A stretch of DNA of 64,000 nucleotides from Macrostomum lignano (taxonomy: Eukaryota), in assembly GCA_002269645.1 (NCBI GenBank), contig NIVC01001182.1:62001-126000 (forward strand), written 5' to 3'. The notes below the pieces were generated by a model, which had not been told where the DNA came from, ran no database searches, and saw only the letters and a list, made by a program, of their open reading frames with translations. Positions 48,201-59,684 of the stretch are shown in pieces (position 1 is the first letter of the stretch; each line of letters opens with the position of its first letter). The position numbers and the translations under genes were made by a program.

Positions 48201-51200
48201 CTCTCTGATGCAAATAATCTCACATGCAAAAAACCCTCATCCAAAGAATCCCCATACAAGAACCCCCCATCGACAGAATCCCCGAATCCGAAGAATTCCC
48301 CATTCAAGGAATCCTCTATCTGTAGAATTCCCTATTTAATGAATCGCCCATCCATAGAATCTCACATGCAAAGAATACCAATCCTTCCCGTCCCATCCCC
48401 ATCCCATCCCATTGATAGAATCCCCGATCCGAAGAATTTCCCATTCAAGGAATCCTCCCATCTGAAGAATTCCCCGTCCAATGAATCCCTTATTCAAGAA
48501 ATCCCCCATCCACAGAAACCCTCTATCCAAAGAATCCCCCACCCATCCCTATCCAAAGAATCGCCCATCCATCCCTATCTAAAGAATCCCCCATCCATCC
48601 CTATCCCAAGAATCCTCCTATTCATCTTTATCCAAAGAATTTCCCCATCCATTCCTATCTAAATAATCCCCCTAACCATCCATATCCAAAAAATTCCTTC
48701 TCTAAAAAATCCCCCCTCTAAGAATTCACATCCTTAAATAATCCCCCATCAAAAGAATAATTGGCCAAAGAATCCAGAATCCCCTCATCTAAAGAACCCC
48801 CGTTCAAATAACCCCCATCTAAAGAATCATTTATCTAAAGAACCCCCCATTCAAAAAACCCTCCATCGAAACAATGCCCCACCGAAGAAATTGCCCAAAA
48901 ATTTATCCATTAGAAGCATCCCTCATCCAAAGAATCATCAATCCATAGAATTCCCCCAAGACTTAACATCTCCGCAATTTCCCCAAGCCTCGACACCTCA
49001 GAAATTTTCCCTAAGCATTGACATCTAAGCAATTCCGGCGCAAGCCTTGACATGATACCAATTTCTCCCGTCCAAAGCCTTGACATCTCAGTAATTCCCC
49101 TCCCCAAGCCTTGATATCTCAGTAATTCTCCCAGTAAGCCTTGATATCTCAGTAATTCCTCCAGTAAGTGTTGGCATCTCAGCAATTTCTCCCCGTCCAA
49201 AGCCTTGGCATCTTAGCGATTCCCCTCCCCGAGACTTAAGACCTCAGCAATTCCTTTTTAAGCCTTCACACCTCAGCAATTCCCTCCACAAGCCTTGACA
49301 TCTCAGCAAGTCCCTCTTAAGCCTTCACATGTCATTAATTCCCCAAGGTAAGATTTTATACATGTATCTCAATAATTCCCCTTGTAAATCTTGACATCTT
49401 AAAATTCTCTTCCGAGCAAGCATCCCCCAAGAGCAAGCGTCCTTCCGATAGCAAGCATCCCCTGATAGAAAGTACCCCCAGCAAGATTAGTGAAGCAATT
49501 TCCTCAGCTAGCCAATTCCAACTCCCGTTGGGGCTTTCCGTCCAAACTCCAGCCACAGTTTTCCTACGCAATAAAATTTCACCCAACTGAATCTCCCATA
49601 CAAAGAATCCCTCATCCAAAGAATACACCACCCATAAAATCCACGATACAAAGAATCTCACATGCAAAGAAGCCGCCATCCAAAAAACCTCCCATCGATA
49701 GAATCACCGATCCCAAGAATTCCCCATTCAAGGAATTCTCCTATCTGAAGAATTGCCCATCCATAGAATCTTACATGCAGAGAATCCCCATCCAAAGAAC
49801 CCCCATCGATAGAATCCCCGATCCAAAGAATCCCCCTATCCATCCCTATCCAAAAAATCCCCGACCTCCATCCATATCAAAAAATCCCCCATCCAAAGAA
49901 CCCCTATCAATAGAATCCCGGATCCAAAAAATTTCCCATTCAAGGACTTCTCCTATCTGAAGAATTTCCCATCCAATGCATTGCCCATCCATAACATCTC
50001 ACATGCAAAGAATCCCATTCAAAAGAATCTTTATTTAAAGAATCTCTCATTCACAGAATTCCCATCGAAAGAATCCCCCACCCATCCATATCCAAAGAAT
50101 CCCCCATCCATTCCTAACTAAAGAATCTCCCTCCAAAGAATCCCCATGCAAATAATCCACGTCCAAATAATCCCCATCCACAGAATCTCCATCCACATTA
50201 TCCATTGATTCTCCCATCAAAAGAATAACTGGCCAAAGAATACCTTCATCTAAAAAACCCGTTCAAAAAATTCACGTCCAAATAATCCCAATCAACAGAA
50301 TCCCCCATTCAAGGAATCCAAAGAATCTCCCATCCAAATAATCCGCCCATTAATAGAATTCTTGGCCAAAGAATCCCCTCATCTCCTCGAGATATCCATT
50401 AGAAGCATCTCTCGTTCAAAGATTCCCCAATCCATAGAATTCCCCCCAAGACTTAACATCTCAGCAATTCCCACCAAGCCTTGACACCTCAGAAATTCCC
50501 TCCAAGCCTTGACATCTCAGCAATTCACTCTTAAGCCTTGGCATCTCAGTAATTCTCTCAGTAAGCCCTTATATCTCAGTAATTCCCCTCACGTCTTGAT
50601 ATTTCAGCAATTCCCTCTCAGCCTTGGCATCTCAGTTTAATAAAAATTTTTGAATATGGACTACATGAATACTCGTAGCTTCTCTTCTACCTGATTTACC
50701 TGACGTTTTTTTAGTTTTCTTTAGCTAAAAAGTTTAAAATTAATTTTTTTAATAAAAAAAGCTTTTACAAATTAAAAATTCGAACCCACGTCGCTGCATT
50801 AGCAGGTCAGTCTGTTTACCTCTAGGCTAGCTCTCATCGTTTTGATAACATAAATCGTCGCACTTATATAACTCAACACTTTCAAAACTCCACGCACAGA
50901 GTAAATCACGCGAAGCAGTTATGACAAAATTTCTCAGCCAGTCTATCAGTTTCAAATAAAGTCACCAATATGGTTACGCAATCTAAATCTAAATTCAATG
51001 GCGCTGGCTTGAATGTATCAGTTTCAAATAAAGTCACCAATATGGTTACGCAATCTAAATCTAAATTCAATGGCGCTGGCTTGAATTGTGGAGTTGCGAA
51101 AAAGTAGGGGTTTGCGATATTGGAGAGCGTACAATGAGTATATAATTTAGTATATTTAGAAGTAAAGTTCATAGGAATCTTCTTTTTAATGATGTGCTTT

Positions 51201-54200
51201 TAATTTTTCGAATCTAAGCAAAAAATTATATTCCCGAACTCAGCGTTTCAAGCTCTTTCTAGCAATACAAGGCTCTCTTCTGAAAGTAAAAAACTCGAAG
51301 CACAAACAACGATTGAACATTCCTGCTATAAAGCATTCAAATTCATAAGGTGTACATTCAGCGCTAGCTACAGTGAGAGGCCTGCAAGTTGATGCATTGA
51401 AATTAACAACCAAGCCAGCCCATGAATAATTGAATAGCGACACCCGCCCCTCAATTAAAATGTGTTGCGCAACCTTTCAACGCTTGTAGCTCTCCACGCG
51501 AGTGTGGAGAACCAATGCTATAGTTGGCACTGAGTTATGATGCAATACAATTCCATCGGCAGTCAGACTGCTTCTCAATCGGAAAGAACTGTTTGAACTT
51601 TAAAAAAACAGGGAGAAAATCAAGTTTTTCGAATATTTAAGCCCGAAAAAATGAAGCAATTTCTTAGCAAAATTTTGTGTACCAGCGCACCATAAATACG
51701 CATCGAATGCAGAAAACCCCACGAAATTCCGACTATGTAGAGTCAAGTTAAGCAAAGGTTCCTATAGGTACATAGTTTTGATTTTTAGTATATTGGAAAG
51801 CATCCAGAATTTTTATTATACCCCCCCCCCTTAATTGGTTACGCAAGTTAAATAGAGTAATTATCTGGGCAGTGGGGCAAAGTGAATTTTCTTATCAGTT
51901 GGCTCTGGCGCAATCATTAAAATTGGCTGTGAAGTTTCTCGCTGCGCGCAGGCTGATAAAAAAATACACTAAAAAGGCCATTTAAAACAGTTTTTCGAAT
52001 ATTTAATCCCCTTAGCATTGAGCTAGAGCTTAATAAAATTACATGTACCGTCCCGGGCACATTTGACATCTTTTGGCGAAGAAACGGAGAAAATCGGTTG
52101 AGCCTTTTGGGAGATAACCTGTTACATACCCACAGACAGACAGGGCCGGTGGAGGGGGGGTTGCTACTTTAGATATATTAAATTAAAATTAAAACTTTTG
52201 GGAGATAACCTGTTACATACCCACAGACAGACAGGGCCGGTGGAGGGGGGGTTGCTACTTTAGATATATTAAAATTAAGATCTCCCCTTCTAGAGGATAG
52301 AATCACCCCCCTAGAGGATAGAATCCCCTTTTCTAGAGGATAGAATCTCCCCTTCTAGATGATAGAATCTCCCCTTCTAGATGATAGAATCTCCCCTTCT
52401 AGAGGATAGAATCTCCCCTTCTAGATGATAGAATCTCCCCTTCTAGAGGATAGAATCTCCCCCTCTAGAGAATAGAATCTCCCCTTCTAGAGAATAGAAT
52501 CTCCCCCTCTAGAGAATAGAATCTCCCCCTCTAGAGAATAGAATCTCCCCCTCTAGAGAATAGAATCTCCCCTTCTAGTGGATAGAATCGCCTCCCGATC
52601 AAGTCTGGCCTACTTATAGTAGTAAATTCACACCAAATTCTGTTGCTATGTGCCCATAGCAACAAATATGGCAAGAATTTTAATTCTCCAAATATAATAA
52701 TTATTAATGCTGTCCCCATTAACTCGCCAGCAAGTCTCCAATTATCTATTTTTTAACTCGCAGGTAATGCAAGCGGCCGAAGAGAACGGCGAAACCGTTG
52801 TCCTGTGCACCCTGGCTGGTCGCCTGGCTGGCCTGGTGTCCGTGTCCGACCGAGTCAAGCCCGAGGCCAAACTGGCCGTACACGCCCTCACTCAGCTTGG
52901 CCGCAAGGTCTGCCTACTCACTGGAGACAATCGTAAAACCGCCTTAGCCATTGCTAGAGAAGTTGGTATTAAGATTGTCTTTGCCGAGGTTCTGCCGCAG
53001 CACAAAGTGTCCAAGGTGCAGCAGTTCCAACGCGATCCGAAAGCTCGAGTGGCTATGATCGGCGATGGGATTAACGATTCGCCGGCTCTCGCCCAGGCTG
53101 ATGTTGGTATCGCTATTGGGACAGGTGAGTGAGAACTTCAATTATGTAGTAGTACCGATGGTGTGAAACTGGGTTTTGTGCTTAATTTGCTGTTTTAACT
53201 GCGATAATTGACTCATTTAGCATCGATAACTAACTCTTTCAATATCGTTAATTAACTTTCAATATCGATAACTAACTCTTTCAATATCAATAACTAACGA
53301 GTCCATTTATCATTCCATCCGGATCTATTAACATAGATAATTAACTTTTTCAGTGTCGATAACTATTTTAATATTAATTAACTTTAATTAACTTTGAATA
53401 TCGATAATTAACTTTAAATATCGTTAATTATCAGTTAATTAATTAACTATCATTCTTTTAATATCGTTAAGTAACTTTCAATATCGATAATTAACTTTCA
53501 ATATCGATAATTAACTTTCAATATCGATAGTTGACTCATTCAATATCGATAATAAACTGTTTCAATATTGATAATCATTCTTTTAATATCGATAATTAAC
53601 TTTAAATATCGTTAATTAACTTTGAATATCGATAATTAACTTTCAATATCGATAAATAACTCTTTAAATATCGGTAACTAACTCTTTCAATATCGATAAT
53701 TAACTGTCAATATCGATAACTAACTCAATATCGATAATTAACTTTCAATATCGATAACTAACTCTTTAAATATCGGTAACTAACTCTTTCAATATCGATA
53801 ATTAACTGTCAATATCGATAACTAACTCAATATCGATAATTAACACTTTTAATATCGATAATTGACTCATTTAATATCGATAATTAACTGTTTCAATATT
53901 GATAATCATTCTTTTAATATAAAAAAATTGCGCTTTCAATATGAAAATCGACTTTTGAATATTGATACGTAACAGTTTTAAAATCGATAATTAACTCTTT
54001 AAATATCGAAAGTTTACTCTCCTAATACCAATAATTGACTTTCAGTATCGATATAATTAACTGTTTGATATCGATGATTAACTCCTGCAGGCACCGACGT
54101 TGCTGTTGAAGCTGCCGATGTTGTCCTCATTCGCAACAATCTCCTCGACGTGGTCGCCGCAATCTCGCTGAGCACGGTGACAGTTCGTCGGATCCGGCTA

Positions 54201-56739
54201 AACTTCTTAGCCGCTACAGTCTACAATTTGATTGGCATACCAGTTGCCGCAGGCGCTTTTATGCCGCTGGGCCTTGAGCTCAAGCCCTGGATGGCCTCGG
54301 CCGCTATGGCATTGAGCTCTGTCAGCGTAGTCGGCCTCAGCCTGCTTCTGCGCACCTGGCAACGGCCTTCGGAAGACTCCATGAGAGACGGTGGTTTCAC
54401 CGACAGGCCGCTGCGTCGGGATGAAGTCCAGGTGCGATGCTATTTTGATTGGAGACACTAGAGTGACAGTGCAGACACTAGAGTGACAGTGCAGACACTA
54501 GAGTGACAGTGCAGACACTAGAGTGACAGTGCAGACACTAGAGTGCCATTGCAGACACTAGCGTGACATTGCAGACACTAGAGTGACAGTGCAGACACTA
54601 AAGTGCCATTGCAGACACTAGAGTGACATTGCAGACACTAGAGTGACATTGCAGACACTAGAGTGACAGTGCAGACACTAGAGTGACAGTGCAGACACTA
54701 GAGTGACAGTGCAGACACTACTAGAGTGACATTGCAGACACTAGAGTGACAGTTCAGACACTAGAGTGACAGTGCAGACACTAGAGTGACAGTGCAGACA
54801 CTAGAGTGCCATTGCAGACACTAGCGTGACATTGCAGACACTAGAGTGACAGTGCAGACACTAAAGTGCCATTGCAGACACTAAAGTGCCATTGCAGACA
54901 CTAGAGTGACATTGCAGACACTAGAGTGACATTGCAGACACTAGAGTGACAGTGCAGACACTAGAGTGACAGTGCAGACACTAGAGTGACAGTGCAGACA
55001 CTACTAGAGTGACATTGCAGACACTAGAGTGACAGTGCAGACACTAGAGTGACAGTGCAGACACTAGAGTGACAGTGCAGACACTAGAGTGACAGTGCAG
55101 ACACTACTAGAGTGACATTGCAGACACTAGAGTGACAGTGCAGACACTAGAGTGACAGTGCAGACACTAGAGTGACAGTGCAGACACTAGAGTGACAGTG
55201 CAGACACTAGAGTGCCATTGCAGACACTAGCGTGACATTGCAGACACTAGAGTGACAGTGCAGACACTAAAGTGCCAGTGCAGACACTAGAGTGCCATTG
55301 CAGACACTAGAGTGACAGTGCAGACACTAGAGTGACATTGCAGACACTAGAGTGACAGTGCAGACACTAGAGTGACATTGCAGACACTAGAGTGACAGTG
55401 CAGACACTAGAGTGACATTGCAGACACTAGAGTGACAGTGCAGACACTAGAGTGACAGTGCAGACACTAGAGTGACAGTGCAGACACTAGAGTGACAGTG
55501 CAGACACTAGAGTGACAGTGCAGACACTAGAGTGACATTGCAGACACTAGAGTGACAGTGCAGACACTAGAGTGACATTGCAGACACTAGAGTGACTGTG
55601 CAGACACTAGAGTGACAGTGCAGACACTAGAGTGACAGTGCAGACAATAGAGTGACAGTGCAGACACTTGAGTGCCATTGCAGACACTAGAGTGACAGTG
55701 CAGACACTAGAGTGACATTGCAGACACTAGAGTGACAGTGCAGGCACTAGAGTGACAGTGCAGACACTAGAGTGACAGTGCAGACACTAGAGTGACAGTG
55801 CAGACAATAGAGTGACAGTGCAGACACTTGAGTGCCATTGCAGACACTAGAGTGACATTGCAGACACTAGAGTGACAGTGCAGACACTAGAGTGACAGTG
55901 CAGACACTAGAGTGACAGTGCAGACACTAGAGTGACATTGCAGACACTAGAGTGACAGTGCAGACACTAGAGTGACATTGCAGACACTAGAGTGACTGTG
56001 CAGACACTAGAGTGACAGTGCAGGCACTAGAGTGACAGTGCAGACACTAGAGTGACAGTGCAGACACTAGAGTGACAGTGCAGACAATAGAGTGACAGTG
56101 CAGACACTTGAGTGCCATTGCAGACACTAGAGTGACAGTGCAGACACTAGAGTGACATTGCAGACACTAGAGTGACAGTGCAGACACTAGAGTGACATTG
56201 CAGACACTAGAGTGACAGTGCAGACACTAGAGTGACATCGCAGACACTAGAGTGACAGTGCAGACACTAGAGTGCCATTGCAGACACTCGAGTGCCATTG
56301 CAGACACTCGAGTGCCATTGCAGACACTAGAGTGACAGTGCAGACACTAGAGTGACAGTGCAGACACTAGAGTGACAGTGCAGACACTAGAGTGCCATTA
56401 CAGACACTAGCGCACCACAAAAAAGTGTCCGAACCCCACTCTAAGCAGGTGTTCCGCGGTTCCGAGCATTTCCGCCAATCAACATCCGCCAACGCCAGCG
56501 GCTCCGGCGGCGCCCGAATCGACCGCAACTCTGGCCGCCTCTCCCTTCGCAGCGTCCTGTCCAGGCTGAGCGGCGGCGGCGTCAGCGGTGGACGCGGAGC
56601 TTCGTCCAATAATCGGCGACCGCCTAGCGAGTTGAGCCGCAGCCTGCTGGAAGAGGGCGACAGCAGCGAGGATGACGACTCCGACGCTGACCATCGACTT
56701 GACGGCAACGGCTTCGCTGGGGCGGTGTCTCCGGTCTGA
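36241..56739 (+). CDS. ATP7: Copper-transporting P1B-1 ATPase (ATP7A/B-like), 12 exons, ~1575 aa
   Basis: Exons 36241-37072, 38220-38737 (acceptor uncertain, see findings), 39422-39760, 41355-41855, 42885-43220, 44568-44768, 45126-45381, 46585-47006, 47328-47657, 52764-53124, 54091-54431, 56449-56739. Phase-consistent (4728 nt). Motifs: 7x GMxCx[32 protein letters not shown]. Confidence 0.95.
37108..38152. repeat. 18-bp minisatellite in ATP7 intron 1
   Basis: GCTGGCGCCCCCTCTGTA units. Confidence 0.95.
38785..39360. repeat. 12-bp minisatellite in ATP7 intron 2
   Basis: TTGACCCACTGA / TTGACCCATTGC alternating. Confidence 0.93.
39825..41260. repeat. ~22-bp minisatellite in ATP7 intron 3
   Basis: CCATACCCCACACGTAAGATTC and variants. 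Confidence 0.95.
41950..42800. repeat. 24-bp minisatellite in ATP7 intron 4
   Basis: CTCCCTAAAGACACCTTACTTGAC units. Confidence 0.95.
43340..44450. repeat. 15/21-bp minisatellite with a 168-bp higher-order unit in ATP7 intron 5
   Basis: ATGAGAAATCCCACA / ATGAGAAATCCTAATCCCACA units. Confidence 0.95.
44875..45098 (+). mobile_element. tRNA-derived SINE with CORE-like segment, filling ATP7 intron 6
   Basis: A box TGACCTAGTGG, B box GGTTCGATTCCC, then TGTCCTTAGGCAGCTGTAAAATGGG (resembles both ends of the CORE domain with the middle deleted), and an (ATT)n tail. Confidence 0.7.
45405..46530. repeat. 33-34-bp minisatellite in ATP7 intron 7
   Basis: AGGAATCGCCCCATAGACACTGTATATACTCTCT units. Confidence 0.97.
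47705..48025 (-). mobile_element. tRNA-derived SINE, copy 2 (head partly deleted), in ATP7 intron 9
   Basis: Shares CACAACCGGCGAGAGGCATTAC, CACAAGCGCGCGGATACGTACGCAGTCATACGCAC and CCCAAATTAATGT with 31885-32254. Confidence 0.75.
48050..50640. repeat. Degenerate ancient arrays within a ~1.4-1.5-kb tandem duplication, ATP7 intron 9
   Basis: CCATCCAAAGAATCCC and CAAGCCTTGACATCTCAGCAATTCC motifs. Unique anchors repeat at 48100/49508 and 48905/50395. Confidence 0.8.
50777..50836 (-). pseudogene. Isolated tRNA-like/SINE head fragment
   Basis: Minus strand GCTAGCCTAGAGGTAAACAGACTGACC...GTGGGTTCGAAT carries A and B boxes but is cut off right after the B box. No 3' acceptor-stem strand. Confidence 0.5.
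50946..51088. repeat. 72-bp perfect tandem duplication
   Basis: ATCAGTTTCAAATAAAGTCACC...GGCGCTGGCTTGAAT occurs twice. Confidence 0.92.
51600..52275 (+). mobile_element. DINE-1/Helentron-like non-autonomous element end, with a duplicated terminal ~80 bp
   Basis: AAAATCGGTTGAGCCTTTTGGGAGATA...CCCACAGACAGACAG...CTTTAGATATATT matches the typical HINE end architecture. The terminal segment is present twice (~52104-52180 and ~52195-52272). Confidence 0.45.
52280..52590. repeat. 22-bp minisatellite at the end of ATP7 intron 9
   Basis: GATAGAATCTCCCCTTCTAGAG units. Confidence 0.95.
53210..54080. repeat. ~20-bp AT-rich minisatellite in ATP7 intron 10
   Basis: AATATCGATAATTAACTTTC units. Confidence 0.9.
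54452..56411. repeat. 20-bp minisatellite in ATP7 intron 11
   Basis: CAGACACTAGAGTGACAGTG, close to 100 copies. Confidence 0.98.
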
Positions 56740-57229
56740 AGATAATTTTTTCAATGTTTTTTGTCGCTTATTGATTTGTCTAAAATTTAACATTGAATCG
56801 AAGTTTTATTATATATGCCATTTTTAACAGTCGGAGTTTGTATGATTTCAATCATTATTTGTGTCTGATTAAATACGAGCTATTCGATTTCTGTAATAAG
56901 TAGTATGATTGGCGCATAATCTCCGACTGTTAATTTGGCTTTTTTAATTGACTGTGATGTCATTATTTAATTGATTTAGTTTGTTTATACGCGAGTCCAT
57001 TTATCATTCCGTACCAGAATACCGATTCGAAGTTACTTAATTTTACTTTATTGTAAATCAATAATTTCTGTGCTTACCTTGGTTAAAAGTGTGTCTTTTT
57101 CATTTGTTCCATTGTCATTCATTTACGCAGTCCACGTTGACATACGCAGAACTACAGATCTCCGTGATGTACATGTATTAGAAGGAACCGCTTTGAATAT
57201 CTTGATGGTGTTGATGTTTTCGAAAAGAA

Positions 57230-57825
57230 TCGTTTGAATATCCTGACTGTGATGCTTCTGAAGGAGCCACTTTGAATATCCTGACTGTGATGCTTCTGAA
57301 GGAGCCACTTTGAATACCCTGACGGTGGTGCTTCTGAAGGAGCCACTTTGAATATCCTGACGGTGATGCTTCTGAAGGAGCCACTTTGAATATCCTGACG
57401 GTGATGCTTCTGATAGTGCCACTTTGAATATCCTGACGGTGATGCTTCTGATAGTGCCACTTTGAATATCCTGACGGTGATGCTTCTGAAGGAGCCACTT
57501 TGAATATCCTGACTGTGATGCTTCTGAAGGAGCCACTTTGAATATCCTGACTGTGATGCTTCTGAAGGAGCCACTTTGAATATCCTGACGGTGATGCTTC
57601 TGAAGGAGCCACTTTGAATATCCTGACTGTGATGCTTCTGAAGGAGCCACTTTCAATATCCTGACGGTGATGCTTCTGAAGGAGCCACTTTCAATATCCT
57701 GACGGTGATGCTTCTGAAGGAGCCACTTTGAATATCCTGACGGTGATGCTTCTGAAGGAGCCACTTTGAATATCCTGACGGTGATGCTTCTGAAGGAGCC
57801 ACTTTGAACACCCTGACGGTGATTC
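57230..57825. repeat. 38-bp minisatellite downstream of ATP7
   Basis: TTTGAATATCCTGACGGTGATGCTTCTGAAGGAGCCAC units. Confidence 0.96.
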
Positions 57826-58537
57826 TTAACGCTTTAATCAGATGCAGCATAAACTGGTCTTGAAGATGTGTCTACAATTTTGTTCAAACGCGCAAGGACC
57901 TCTAAATGTACCCGAAATTCGATTCAATGGCTCTCAATGAATTAATTATAAATGTAATGTAAAAAACTGAAACAAACTTGTTAATCATTGTCTGTCCTTT
58001 TTCCCTAAAATTTGCAAATATTTATTCTTTTCTCGGCGTGTTTTAAAAAACCAGCACGCGTTCGCTGCTTACTACTAATACTAAGTCGTAAAGCATTGCG
58101 TATTTTTGCTCGTTTTTTATCATCCGCTTGAAATATTTTCAATTATCTTATATACAATTGATTTTCAGCTAATTCTTCGTTCGTCAAACACTGATTATTC
58201 GTTGTTGTCCAAGTTCCGGGTAAGCAACGTCTAATTAAAGCCAGTAGTTCCGTGATTCCTAACTTCTTGCGGTACTGGTGGTGTTGTGTTCTTTTTTGCT
58301 TTGACTTTAAAAGCTTTTTAATTCAGGAATAAGAACTGGTTCAGCTTGTGAATTATAATTACGAGTATTTATAGAACTTTAACGTCTAGTGTGTCTTTCT
58401 CTTTGCCTTCCACTATATAGAAAAAAATTATTTCCTTGCTCTGAATAAATTCTCAATAATTTTTTTTCAATAAAACCTCTTCAAAATCACTTTCTCCTGA
58501 CACATTGCCTTCTGACACCACCAGTAAAAATTGTGAT

Positions 58538-59105
58538 ATGACCCCAGCTGACCAACAAAATCTCTCTCTGACCCCAGCTGACCAACAAAATCTCCCTCTG
58601 ACCCCAGCTGACCAACAAAATCTCCCTCTGACCCCAGCTGACCAACAAAATCTCCCTCTGACCCTAGCTGACCAACAAAATCTCTCTCTGACCCCAGCTG
58701 GCCAACAAAATCTCTCTCTGACCCCAGCTGACCAACAAAATCTCCCTCTGACCCCAGCTGACCAACAAAATCTCCCTCTGACCCCAGCTGACCAACAAAA
58801 TCTCTCTCTGACCCCAGCTGACCAACAAAATCTCTCTCTGACCCCAGCTGACCAACAAAATCTCCCTCTGACCCCAGCTGACCAACAAAATCTCTCTCTG
58901 ACCCCAGCTGACCAACAAAATCTCTCTCTGACCCCAGCTGACCAACAAAATCTCCCTCTGACCCCAGCTGACCAACAAAATCTCTCTCTGACCCCAGCTG
59001 ACCAACAAAATCTCCCTCTGACCCTAGTGGACCAACGAAATTGCCCTTTGACCCCAGCTGACCAACAAAATCAATCGCCCTCTGACCCCAGCTGACCAAC
59101 GAAAT
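58538..59105. repeat. 30-bp minisatellite
   Basis: ACCCCAGCTGACCAACAAAATCTCCCTCTG units. Confidence 0.96.
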
Positions 59106-59684
59106 CGCCTTTGAGTTATTTTACATTTACTTTACGAGCGGAGATTCAATTTTGTTGATAACTATTTTTCACTTTACCAACCACTTCGAAACGTTCGACA
59201 TCATTAACCAATGTATTATTAATATTTAAAATTCCGATTAAATGTACGCTAATACAATAATAATATTGTAATATATATAAATTTGCATTTCGCCAAAATT
59301 TCAAACAATTTCTTCACCATAAATCTCTCTTTGTATTATTCAGTGTCTGGCACTTCGTTGAAGTTATTGTCCTACTGAACTTGAAATAAAACTTGATTTT
59401 GATGTCGTAAAAAATGAATCAATTTTCGTAAATGCTTTTGTTTGAGTTTGCTGTTCAGTTTTTTCTGGTGAATACGGATCACTGATCGATTGTCCACGCT
59501 ATATCTGTAGGTAAATTCTAATGCGAGTACCAATTACATATATAATGATTTTTTAATTTATATTGTTGTTGTTGGAGCACCGCAATATACTAGTAGCTTG
59601 ATTGGCTTTGATTGTCTCAACTTTTTGCTTTAAAAATTGTTTTTTATCTATGTTTATGGTACGATAGTTTTTAGGCTGCAAACG

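Noticed and set aside
50777-50836. Functional tRNA gene
   Set aside because: The sequence ends right after the B box, with no T-stem completion or acceptor stem, so it is kept only as a fragment.
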